Source: a bacterium | GTDB lineage: Bacteria; Armatimonadota; Zipacnadia; Zipacnadales; Zipacnadaceae | Length of the DNA: 64,000 nt | Direction of reading: 5' to 3' | Assembly (NCBI GenBank): GCA_030602615.1 | Contig: JAUVZM010000005.1 | Coordinates: 5,094 to 69,093 of the forward strand | Shown here: piece by piece, positions 28,168-36,508 of the stretch | Layout: each line of letters begins with the position of its first letter | How positions within the stretch are numbered: the first letter of the stretch is position 1 | Made by a program: the position numbers and the translations under genes | The notes under the pieces: model-generated | Told to the model about the DNA's origin: nothing | The model's input: only the letters and a program-made list of their open reading frames with translations | Database searches by the model: none

Positions 28168-28494
28168 ATGCAAACGCTTGCCACCAGGTGCGTTCATAAA
28201 CTCAGAGTAGAAGTTCTCAAGGCGCTCGCCTCCCACACTAGACTTCACATAATTGCTCTGTTGCGCGACGGCGAGATGGCTGTTTGCGATATTGCTGACG
28301 CACTGGGGAACAATCAGTCTACCATATCGTGTCACTTGAATACACTTCGGGCCAGCGGACTGGTGACAACGCGCAAAGAGGGCAATCGGGTTCACTACCG
28401 GCTGGCCCACGAGGCAGTTGACGAGCTGCTCGAGCTGGTTGATGAGATACTGAAGGCCCAGTGCCTAAGTAACAGTGAAACACTGGACCTGTAG
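28168..28494 (+). CDS. ArsR/SmtB family metal-responsive transcriptional repressor
   Basis: A winged-helix HTH LKALASHTRLHIIALL...CVCDIA-type fold is present. Metal-ligand Cys residues lie at the alpha-3 position (MAVCDIAD). The length is 108 aa. Confidence 0.8.
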   Translation: MQTLATRCVHKLRVEVLKALASHTRLHIIALLRDGEMAVCDIADALGNNQSTISCHLNTLRASGLVTTRKEGNRVHYRLAHEAVDELLELVDEILKAQCLSNSETLDL

Positions 28495-28548
28495 GACAGA
28501 GAATGAATAGCTTCCTACAGCGTTTTCCCCAAGAAGGAGGTGACCAAT

Positions 28549-28671
28549 ATGTGTGGATGCTGTGAGCCAAAGAAGGAAAAAGAGTGCTGTGAGCCGAAGC
28601 AGGAAGAGTGCTGCCCGGAAGAAAAGAAAGAAGAGAAGTGCGAAGAGGAAAAGAAAAGCTGTTGCGAATAG
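28549..28671 (+). CDS. unannotated 40-aa Cys-rich microprotein, a candidate metallothionein-like metal binder (MCGCCEPKKEKECCEPKQEECCPEEKKEEKCEEEKKSCCE)
   Basis: It is not in the ORF track, which reports a different frame here. A perfect SD AGGAGGTG lies 7 nt before the ATG. Ten Cys residues fall in CC/CxC clusters within an E/K matrix. It lies immediately downstream of arsR and is followed by a textbook intrinsic terminator. Confidence 0.5.
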   Translation: MCGCCEPKKEKECCEPKQEECCPEEKKEEKCEEEKKSCCE

Positions 28672-28680
28672 CAATAGCAC

Positions 28681-28721
28681 AGACTGGGGCCTGATGCAAC
28701 ACAGGCCCCAGTCTTTTTTTG
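28681..28721 (+). terminator. rho-independent terminator (13-bp stem agactggggcctg / caggccccagtct, then T7)
   Basis: A perfect GC-rich hairpin followed by TTTTTTT lies 10 nt after the microprotein stop. The convergent NIL-ferredoxin gene ends 23 nt beyond it. Confidence 0.6.
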
Positions 28722-28743
28722 CGTACATTGATGCCCGACTACC

Positions 28744-29151
28744 TTAGAACTCCACCTTCATCGCCCGCGGCGGGCAGGCGGGCACACACAGCTCACAGGC
28801 GACGCAGCGATCCGAGTCGAAGTGTACCTCCTGCGTCGCCACTTCCCGGTACAGCGCCTCCGTGGGGCAGATCGTCAGGCACGCCCCACAGTGGTTGCAT
28901 CGGTCTTCGTCGCGCACCACATCGCGTTCCAGCGGCTCGACGGCCACACCCTGGTCGCGCGTCCAGGCCAGCCCCTGACGCAGGTTCTCTTCGCTGCCCT
29001 CCAGTCCCACCACCAGCAGACCCTCCGATTCGGGAGTAATATTGGCGCGCAGGATGTTCAGCTCCAGGTCGTAGTTCTTCACCAGGTGCGAGACGACTGG
29101 TTCATCTATCAGATGACGCGGGTAGCGTAAGACTACGCGGCGCGTTGCCAT
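28744..29151 (-). CDS. NIL-domain 4Fe-4S ferredoxin (partner of the DUF39 homocysteine-synthesis protein)
   Basis: An N-terminal NIL domain is followed by two CxxCxxCxxxCP motifs (CNHCGACLTICP and CVACELCVPACP). The gene is adjacent to DUF39, as in the methanogen-type pathway. Confidence 0.75.
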   Translation of the reverse strand: MATRRVVLRYPRHLIDEPVVSHLVKNYDLELNILRANITPESEGLLVVGLEGSEENLRQGLAWTRDQGVAVEPLERDVVRDEDRCNHCGACLTICPTEALYREVATQEVHFDSDRCVACELCVPACPPRAMKVEF

Positions 29152-30366
29152 CTAACTCACCTCCGGCTGGACAGGACGTTCGCGCAGCGGTTTGAAGCTG
29201 ACTCCCGAGTCGGCAGAGGGTATCTGCTGGACTGGCTCGCTGAGCAGAAACTCCCCACGCTGGATCCAGTCCTTGAGAATCCCGGCGATCTGTCGTGCCT
29301 TGGGGTAGCTGGATAGTGAACCAGTCGGCACCTCTCGGCCATTGATCTGTATGCTGCCGCTGCGCAACCGTTTGTAGTCAACATAACCCAGCGGGCCGCC
29401 CTCGTTGTAGGGGTAGCCCCGACTGTAGTCCACAATCGGTGCAACGATATCTTCGTCTTTCACCGCGGTGTACAGCGCCATCTCTTCGTCGAGAATGGGA
29501 ATGGCCGTGCCAATACCAACCGTCAGCGAGACACCATATCCGTACATACTGACTCCCACCATCCACTGCGGGTCCATCTGCTTCATATCGCCGACTACCG
29601 CCAGGGTGCCAGCGCCCCCCTTGGGCACACCATTGCCGGCGCGGGCTGCGGTGGGATTGTGCTGGGTCCCCGGCCAGAAGACGTAGCCCTCGGCCCCGCC
29701 CAGGAATATGCGCGAACCGATCCCAATGGTTCGGTAGTAGGGATCGTTCAGCAGCGGGCTGAGCTGGCCGGCCGAGCAGTAGTTGGCATTGCCCAGGTCG
29801 CGCTTGAGCACGCCCATATAGGTGTAGATGTCACGCTCCTCGTTTAGATTCACCGCAACGCTGTAATTCTGGTAGCAGTTGCGAGGATTGAGCAGCGTGC
29901 ATTCGTTGAGGTCCTGGATATTGATCCAGGTATCCAGCTCCCTGCGCGGGTAGCAGTCTGTGCCATAGCCGCTCGCCCGTAACCGGACATCCTTGCCAGC
30001 CACCAACTCCTCGATGACATGTCCGCCGCCGTAGCGGAATTCGCCGGGATGCTGCGCGTTGAGCGGATCGCCTTCGACGACCGCGGTGGCACCGATATAC
30101 AGGTCCACCGCAGCCAGGCCCCCGTAGGCCGGCACGTCATTGAGCCACCCCTCGGAGGCACGGATCCGCGGTGTGCTGTGCCCGAAGTTAATCAGAGCAC
30201 CCGAAGAGCACATCGGCGCGAAGGTCCCCGTGGTCACAACGTCCACCTGCGCGGCAGCCCCGGCTGGCCCCTTCTCGTCAACTACATCTATCATCTCCTC
30301 GGCGGTGACAACCACTACTTCGCCGCCGCGGATTCTATCGTTGATTTCCTGGTAGGTCTTGGCCAC
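29152..30366 (-). CDS. DUF39 (COG1900) homocysteine biosynthesis protein, sulfide-dependent
   Basis: The 404-aa protein shows conservation typical of the MA1821 family. A GTG start is preceded by GGAGGTGA. It lies adjacent to a NIL-ferredoxin. Confidence 0.75.
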   Translation of the reverse strand: MAKTYQEINDRIRGGEVVVVTAEEMIDVVDEKGPAGAAAQVDVVTTGTFAPMCSSGALINFGHSTPRIRASEGWLNDVPAYGGLAAVDLYIGATAVVEGDPLNAQHPGEFRYGGGHVIEELVAGKDVRLRASGYGTDCYPRRELDTWINIQDLNECTLLNPRNCYQNYSVAVNLNEERDIYTYMGVLKRDLGNANYCSAGQLSPLLNDPYYRTIGIGSRIFLGGAEGYVFWPGTQHNPTAARAGNGVPKGGAGTLAVVGDMKQMDPQWMVGVSMYGYGVSLTVGIGTAIPILDEEMALYTAVKDEDIVAPIVDYSRGYPYNEGGPLGYVDYKRLRSGSIQINGREVPTGSLSSYPKARQIAGILKDWIQRGEFLLSEPVQQIPSADSGVSFKPLRERPVQPEVS

Positions 30367-30563
30367 TATAGTTCACCTCCAGCGGCGCCGACCCGGATGC
30401 GGGCAGACGCCGAGACAACTTGAGTTATTGCAAACTAGGATGCTGCCGACAATACGGCTCGGGTCGCGTCGGCTGAGCCGACGCCCGTGCATAGCCATGC
30501 CCAGCACCCGCCGGTTGTATTCTCGTCGCCCTATCATCCGGATCTCACCTACCTTTCCGTGCA

Positions 30564-30896
30564 TTATCTGAAGCAGGCCACCTTGCCGCCCTCCGGCATC
30601 CAATGGTGACGAACACACTCACAGCATAGCCCCAGTCGGGGGCAATCCTGCGCTTCACAGAGGCACGCTTCAGCGTTGCGCGACTGATTGTCACAGGAGC
30701 TTACCAGTCCCTGCAGGTTAAGTGTGTCTTCAGGGCGCCCGGCCCCGCCCATGCAGGCGGTCTCAGGCCACTGGGTGCTGTTTCGATGATACGCGGCGCA
30801 CTCACAACATATCCCCCGACGCGGACAGGATTCCTCCAGACACGGACACATCTGGATGTTGATCTCGTAGTTGGGACATTGTTGGGCCAATGCCAT
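30564..30896 (-). CDS. hypothetical Cys-rich protein with two tandem C-x-C-x4-C-P-R-x-G-x-C-C-E-C-x3-[YH]-H modules
   Basis: The repeats CPCLEESCPRRGICCECAAYH and CLCEAQDCPRLGLCCECVRHH are internal duplicates. The chosen start is ATG at 30896, with AAGGGAAGTGAG upstream. It lies between thi4 and DUF39. Confidence 0.5.
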   Translation of the reverse strand: MALAQQCPNYEINIQMCPCLEESCPRRGICCECAAYHRNSTQWPETACMGGAGRPEDTLNLQGLVSSCDNQSRNAEACLCEAQDCPRLGLCCECVRHHWMPEGGKVACFR

Positions 30897-30956
30897 ATTC
30901 TCACTTCCCTTTTTCTGATGGCGGCGAGACGACTTGCCGCTTTGCAACTCGCAGTG

Positions 30957-31754
30957 TCATTCGTCAGCAAGTCGGTCGGCAGCCAGTTGCGCGGCCTTCT
31001 GGCCGGACAGGAACATACCGCCGAATATCGCTCCCATGCGCGGGGCGCCGGCCGCAGCATTGGCGGCCATCCCCGCCACTATTACGCCGGGGTAGACTTC
31101 CTTAGTCAGCTCGACGATATGGCCTTCAGCTTCAGTGGCATTCATCGAACTCTCGCCGGCTATCTGACCGGTAGGAGTATCGAACTCAGCACCAGCAATC
31201 TTGCGCTCGATGGTTCGCAGCACGTCCGCGTCATGACCAGTGGCATCAATGACCAGTCGTGCGCTGACCGCCAGCGGGTCTACGTGCATCTGGGCGCGCT
31301 GCACCGCATCCCAGTTCAGTACCACCCCACAGACCCGAGCGTGCTCATCAATCACTACGTCCTCAACCAGCATACCCACCCAGATATGGGCGCCAGCGTC
31401 TACCGCGGCAGCAGTGCATTTGGATACACATTCGACTGAATCGGCCACGTGATAACCCTCGCCTGCCTGCTGGACACTGACCCCGACTTCCTTGACGAGC
31501 TGCACGGCCTCATCCTGAATAACTATGCGCGGAAAGAGCATGCCTCCGCCCCACATGCCCCCGCCCACATGCAGGTTACGCTCGAATACTGCCACTTGAT
31601 AACCAGCCTCGGCCAGCAGCCGCGCCGCGGTTATGCCGGAGGGCCCGGCGCCGACCACGGCTACATCCAGGCGCGTGTCGGCTACAAAATCTTCAGCAAA
31701 GCTTCTGACGATAAAACGAGTAACTCGGGTTTCATCAATGTGACGCAGTGACAT
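30957..31754 (-). CDS. thi4: thiazole synthase Thi4 family (His-type, sulfide-dependent; ADP-thiazole synthase)
   Basis: The FAD/NAD fold motif VAVVGAGPSGITAARLLAEAG and the Thi4 motif GGGMWGGGMLF are present. The active-site region DATGHDADV has His where yeast THI4 has its suicide Cys. A TPP riboswitch precedes the gene. Confidence 0.8.
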   Translation of the reverse strand: MSLRHIDETRVTRFIVRSFAEDFVADTRLDVAVVGAGPSGITAARLLAEAGYQVAVFERNLHVGGGMWGGGMLFPRIVIQDEAVQLVKEVGVSVQQAGEGYHVADSVECVSKCTAAAVDAGAHIWVGMLVEDVVIDEHARVCGVVLNWDAVQRAQMHVDPLAVSARLVIDATGHDADVLRTIERKIAGAEFDTPTGQIAGESSMNATEAEGHIVELTKEVYPGVIVAGMAANAAAGAPRMGAIFGGMFLSGQKAAQLAADRLADE

Positions 31755-31775
31755 AAAAAGCAGACCTCCTCAGAT

Positions 31776-31925
31776 TAGGTCTGCCAGCGGAGAAACCGGT
31801 CCTCCCGAGGACCGATTGAGAAGTGTAGTTTCGCGGAGCACTTCCCTTCGCCGGCATTATCCGGATCAGGTTCATGGGGTCAGCGGCCCGGCCGCTTTCT
31901 CAGCAAGCAAGCTCCCCCAGTTGCC
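31776..31925 (-). promoter_or_regulatory. TPP (THI-box) riboswitch in the thi4 leader
   Basis: The minus-strand RNA reads ...CUGAGAaagcgg...ACCCcaugAACCUGAUCcGGAUAAUGCCgGCGaAGGGAAg..., matching the THI-element consensus. A downstream hairpin (cagaccu...aggucug) includes the GAGGAGG SD and precedes the thi4 ATG. Confidence 0.75.
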
Positions 31926-31973
31926 AACATTTCCGTGTTATTATAGGCCCGCGGGTCTCCCCCACAGGCTCGT

Positions 31974-32783
31974 CTATTCTATTCTATCGGCGGGCTCCCT
32001 GTCAAGCAACAGTTCATCAGGCGCCACCTGAGTGAGTGTTTTCCTGTTCGCGGCGATGGGCACAATCTCAATTTCACCGCCCACCACCATTTGATCGCCG
32101 CAAATAGCGACCGCTCCCGAAATACCGGGCAACTGAGTGGCCCACGTGACGGCCTGCTGGCAGTCCTGCGGACCCTGTATCCGATTCGCCGTGGCTGTGG
32201 CCACCGCGTCAGCCAGGGCAGTATTCGGGGCGACCACCACGGCCGCATCAGCCCGACCGTTGCTCACCGAGTGGCCCACGGTGCCGGAGGAGGTACAGAC
32301 TCCCAGCCGCACACCACCCGGAATAGCCAGACCAATCTGCCCACTGAATCTCGAGGAACCCGACTCAATCGCCACCACCCGAGCAACTTCCGTCGCCAGG
32401 AAGATGTCACCACCGTTTTCGACAATGACCTGCCTGCTACTTGCCAGCAGTTGCTGCCCGACATAGGCGGCAACAGCACCAGCCACTGCCGCCATCGGCC
32501 CGGTGCCGGCCTGCTGGGCGGCCTGGTACATATCTCTGACCAGCGCGGGGCACTTCTCCGGCTCCGGCAAAGGCCCGAGACTGGTGGCGAAGTGCGGATA
32601 GTTCTGGATATGTCTTTCAATCTGGGTGCGGGCCTGCCTGATCGACTCCAGGGCTTCATCAGTCAGCCGCGCCTCAGCCTGTATGTACAGATCGGTCTCT
32701 CCCACCACCACAGCAAAGCCAACCAGATCGGGACTTTCAGCAGATTGTCTGTAGACTCGCGGCTGGTAGGTCACAGGTGGCAC
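31974..32783 (-). CDS. UPF0280/ApbE-like family protein
   Basis: The ApbE-like pattern (GAVAAYVGQQLL...ENGGDIFL..., GS.R, AVVVAPNTALADA) was assigned from memory. The start is uncertain: the ORF-track start at 32966 would overlap the thioredoxin gene by 160 nt, so GTG at 32783 is proposed. Confidence 0.5.
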   Translation of the reverse strand: MPPVTYQPRVYRQSAESPDLVGFAVVVGETDLYIQAEARLTDEALESIRQARTQIERHIQNYPHFATSLGPLPEPEKCPALVRDMYQAAQQAGTGPMAAVAGAVAAYVGQQLLASSRQVIVENGGDIFLATEVARVVAIESGSSRFSGQIGLAIPGGVRLGVCTSSGTVGHSVSNGRADAAVVVAPNTALADAVATATANRIQGPQDCQQAVTWATQLPGISGAVAICGDQMVVGGEIEIVPIAANRKTLTQVAPDELLLDREPADRIE

Positions 32784-32806
32784 CTGATTTGCGCCCGCAG
32801 AGATTG

Positions 32807-33289
32807 CTACTGCTCGGGGGAAAGAGCCGTGACTATTTTGTCGCGCAGTTGCTTCGGCGGCCAGAAACCAATGGCTCGGTCGATCTCCTCGCCATTGTTG
32901 ATAATCACTATCGCGGGCAGGTTGATCACCTGAAACTGCCTGGCCAACTTTGGATTTGCGTCCCAATCAACACTTACAAACTTCAGCTTGCCAGCAAATT
33001 CTTCCGCCAACTGCTCCAAAGTGAGCTTGACTATGGGGCAATACACACACCAGCTTGCCCAGAAGTCCACAACCACCGGAATATCGGACTGGATCACCTC
33101 TTGCTCAAAGTTACCTTGATCCACTGCCAAAATAGTGCCCTCGGCTGCTGGATGGCCCTGCTGGTCAGCTTGCGAGCGTGGAGGCGGCTCAGAGGTCACC
33201 TGTCCATCTTTCGGGCAACATCCGGCTATGGTCAGCGCTATTGCCAAAATCGCAATGCCAACAATCGTCTTGCTGGTGGTGAAACTCAT
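32807..33289 (-). CDS. thioredoxin-family lipoprotein
   Basis: A lipobox IAGC follows the signal peptide MSFTTSKTIVGIAILAIALT. The thioredoxin active site WASWCVYCP is present. Confidence 0.75.
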   Translation of the reverse strand: MSFTTSKTIVGIAILAIALTIAGCCPKDGQVTSEPPPRSQADQQGHPAAEGTILAVDQGNFEQEVIQSDIPVVVDFWASWCVYCPIVKLTLEQLAEEFAGKLKFVSVDWDANPKLARQFQVINLPAIVIINNGEEIDRAIGFWPPKQLRDKIVTALSPEQ

Positions 33290-33867
33290 AGGGGTCTTAT
33301 TGCCTCCGCAACTAATTGCTGGTGCATGCACAGTTGAGCTAACTATGTTTGTAAGACTATACTTCTAATTGAGCCAGAACGCAACCGGCCGCAATCGCGC
33401 TGCGAAGGTGTAAGCACCTCGGGTAGCGAAGAGCTTAACAGGACAAGCGGCGCGCAGCGCGGCCCGACAGGGGCAAAGGATTGTGGGACCGGGATTGGTG
33501 GTACTAGCTTACGCGCCTGGAGTACGGGGATAGGGTGGCCCAGTCAAAAGAGGCCGCCCACAATCACAGTCCGGCGGGGTCACCCTAAAAATTGACCGCC
33601 CGGGGGAATTCATCCGAGGATTCGCCGGTGCGCTGGTCGACGCGCCGGTCGGCTTGGCTGCTGCACAGGCATGCAGCCACGGCCAGGACACCGATGAACA
33701 ACCAGATGCCTATGACAGCGATTGCTATGGTGAGCAATGCTCTCGCCCCCTGCCGGCGCTGATGGTGTTCCTTGATTATATCGGCTTGTATCCGGAAACC
33801 TTTAGCCGACGGCCCAGACAACAGTTGACATAGTTGACCTGCAACAGACGGTCAGTGAGGACGAACA

Positions 33868-34833
33868 ATGTCTGACACTACGTCAGGGCAAGTGCCACTG
33901 CTCCAGAAAATGGAGATTGCGGACATTCTGGATACCGCAATCCGCCTGTACCGGCACAATTTCACCCTCTTTATGGAAATTGTGGCCGTGGTGCAGGTAT
34001 TTCTGATGGCCATATATGTGATTGGGATGTGGGCGGCCGCCCAGACGGTGATGACAACCGGCGGCGAAGAGATCCCCTGGCAGGCTCTGCTGGGCCTGGG
34101 GCCGCTGGGGCTGTTGTACATAGGGGGCTGGATACTGCTTTTCCCCCTGAGCGAGGCAGCCCTGGCCTTTGCCGTCTCCGAGACCTATCTGGGTCGGCGC
34201 ATCAGCGTCCTAGAGGCCTACCGGCGGATGTGGCCGCTGATCTGGCGGCTGCTGGGGACGATGATCCTGGTCTCGATTGTCATCTCACTGGGCACCGGTA
34301 TGTGCCTTATTCCGGGTCTGCTGGTGTGGGTCTGGTTCGCCATTACCACGCCAATCGTCGCCCTGGAGCGCACTGCAGGCCCGACAGCGATGGATCGTTC
34401 CTACCGGCTGGTCTCCGGCCACTGGTGGCGGGTATTGGGTGCGCTGTTGCTGCTGCAGTCGATCATAATCGTTGCGACCCTGGCCATCTCCCTGCCGCCT
34501 ATGCTTGCCGTGATGCTACTGCTCGGCGAGTCCAACCCCCTGCTGGCCCAATCGCTAACGACGGCGGTCCAGACCATAACCAACATTGTTGTTCGACCGG
34601 TGTTGATGATTGGTACGGTCCTGATATACTACGACCTGCGCATTCGCAAGGAGGGCTTCGACCTGGTCACGCTGACTCAGGCTCTGGAGCGCAGTCGCGG
34701 TGCAGGTGTGGGCGAAGAGAAGCCGGCAGCCTCCCAACCGTCCGATCGGGAGCTACCGCCGGCCCCTGACACACGAGTGGCCCTGCCCCCTCGGCCCAAC
34801 GAATCTGAATCAGGACAACAGCCCCCCACTTAG
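33868..34833 (+). CDS. glycerophosphoryl diester phosphodiesterase membrane-domain (GPDPase_memb) family protein
   Basis: A multi-transmembrane protein carries the family hallmark VLIYYDLRIRKEGFDL near the C-terminus, followed by a Pro-rich tail. Confidence 0.6.
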   Translation: MSDTTSGQVPLLQKMEIADILDTAIRLYRHNFTLFMEIVAVVQVFLMAIYVIGMWAAAQTVMTTGGEEIPWQALLGLGPLGLLYIGGWILLFPLSEAALAFAVSETYLGRRISVLEAYRRMWPLIWRLLGTMILVSIVISLGTGMCLIPGLLVWVWFAITTPIVALERTAGPTAMDRSYRLVSGHWWRVLGALLLLQSIIIVATLAISLPPMLAVMLLLGESNPLLAQSLTTAVQTITNIVVRPVLMIGTVLIYYDLRIRKEGFDLVTLTQALERSRGAGVGEEKPAASQPSDRELPPAPDTRVALPPRPNESESGQQPPT

Positions 34834-34847
34834 GATTGATATAGCTG

Positions 34848-35276
34848 ATGTCAACCGATGCTGAGGCCGTTCTGTACACAGACGGATCCTCGCTGGGTAA
34901 TCCCGGGCCGGCTGGGGCCGGCTTCGTCCTGGAAGGCCCTGGCGACAGTGTGGTGGAACGGGCGATCCCTCTGGGCGAGACGACGGTGGGGGTAGCCGAA
35001 TACCGCGCGCTCATTGCCGGCCTCTCCGAGGCTATATCCCGAGGTGTGCAGGGGGTGCGAGTCTATAGCGATAGTCAATTTCTGTGCCGCCAAATCCAGG
35101 GGAAGTATAAGGTCCGTTCGGCCAATATCCGCCCGCTGTACGAGTGGGCGTGCAAGCTAGTTGGCCAGTTTGACAAGTTTCAGATCGAACACACTGCCCG
35201 CGAGGGCAATCAGCGCGCCGACGTACTGGCGAGGCAGGCCGCCGAACAAGCCAAGCAGAACGCGAAGGAGACTTAG
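34848..35276 (+). CDS. rnhA: ribonuclease HI
   Basis: The motifs LYTDGSSLGNPGPAG, VAEYRALI, VYSDSQ and NQRAD carry the D-E-D-D catalytic residues. Confidence 0.8.
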   Translation: MSTDAEAVLYTDGSSLGNPGPAGAGFVLEGPGDSVVERAIPLGETTVGVAEYRALIAGLSEAISRGVQGVRVYSDSQFLCRQIQGKYKVRSANIRPLYEWACKLVGQFDKFQIEHTAREGNQRADVLARQAAEQAKQNAKET

Positions 35277-35335
35277 CGCGGAAGCTGAAACTAAGTTGCA
35301 GTCATTTGAAAAGAACAGATCACGAGGAGTGACAT

Positions 35336-36430
35336 TTGATTATGAACAATGAGAAGATTGGATGGGGCATCATTGGCTGCGGTGTTATTGCTCCGCTTCA
35401 TGCCGATGCAGTCCAGGCGAACGAGCAGGCCGAGCTGGTTGAGGTCTGTGACATAGTGGAGCAAAAGGCCGACAAGCTGGCCGACGAGCACGATTGTTCA
35501 TACGTGACCAGCATCGAAGAGCTGCTGGCCAACGATGACATCCAGGCGGTTTCGATCTGTACGCCCAGCGGAATGCACTCCGAGCAGGCCATTGCCGCCG
35601 CCCAGTCCGGCAAGCATATCCTGTGCGAAAAGCCCCTGGATATTACCCTGGAGAAGATTGATGCAATGATTGAAGCCGCCGAGACCAACGCTGTCAAGCT
35701 GGCCGGCGTATTCCAGTTGCGCACCTATCCGTCCTTTCAGAAGGTTCGGCAGGCAGTTCGCGACGGCAAGATAGGAAAGCTGGTGCTGGGCGAATGCCAC
35801 CAGAAGTGGTTTCGCGCCCACGAATACTATGCCAGCGGGGACTGGCGCGCCACCTGGGAGCTGGACGGCGGCGGTGCCCTAATGAACCAGTGTATTCACA
35901 GCGTTGATCTGCTGACCTGGATTATGGGCGACATAGCCCGACTCTCCTCTTACTGCCGCCGACTGGTTCGTAACGTCGAGGTGGAAGATACCAGTGTCAC
36001 CAATCTGGAGTTCACCAACGGCGCACTGGGCAGCTTTGTCGGCACCACCTCAGTAACTCCCGCCGAGAATAGGCTGCTGGAAATCCATGGTGACACCGGC
36101 ACCATCAAGGTCGAAAGCGAAAGGATCACCAAGTGGGCCGTAGAGGGCGAAGAAGAAGCGATTGAAGACGAAGAGGTCCAGGAAGGCACTGCCACCGACC
36201 CGGCGGCAGTGGCTGCGGCCGGCCACATCGCACACGTGCAGGATCTGTGCGAGGCGATTATCAACGACCGGGAGCCGACCATCCCCGGTCGCGAAGCCCG
36301 CAAGGCTGTCGAGATAATCAAGGCCATCTACCTGTCCAGCCGCCTGGGGGGAAGTACTGTGGAGCTGCCGCTCAGCTACGAGGACGACAGCCCGGGCATC
36401 TACCCACCCCAGACCTGGCCGGAGTGGTAG
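35336..36430 (+). CDS. Gfo/Idh/MocA family oxidoreductase
   Basis: An N-terminal Rossmann fold (GWGIIGCGVIA) and the EKP motif (ILCEKPL) are present. Confidence 0.8.
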   Translation: MIMNNEKIGWGIIGCGVIAPLHADAVQANEQAELVEVCDIVEQKADKLADEHDCSYVTSIEELLANDDIQAVSICTPSGMHSEQAIAAAQSGKHILCEKPLDITLEKIDAMIEAAETNAVKLAGVFQLRTYPSFQKVRQAVRDGKIGKLVLGECHQKWFRAHEYYASGDWRATWELDGGGALMNQCIHSVDLLTWIMGDIARLSSYCRRLVRNVEVEDTSVTNLEFTNGALGSFVGTTSVTPAENRLLEIHGDTGTIKVESERITKWAVEGEEEAIEDEEVQEGTATDPAAVAAAGHIAHVQDLCEAIINDREPTIPGREARKAVEIIKAIYLSSRLGGSTVELPLSYEDDSPGIYPPQTWPEW

Positions 36431-36508
36431 GCGTTGAGGGTAGTATCTACCAAGCCGAAGAAGGGACTGGCTCGGCGATGGGAGACCAAACACGGCAGGA
36501 GCGCCTCT

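Noticed and set aside
30367-30563. Possible SAM/S-box riboswitch in the 200-nt leader of the DUF39 homocysteine gene
   Set aside because: The minus-strand leader was read for SAM-I/II consensus elements and none was found. Only generic hairpins such as cgtcggc-tca-gccgacg are present. The 81-aa ORF at 30373..30618 in this leader also has no support.
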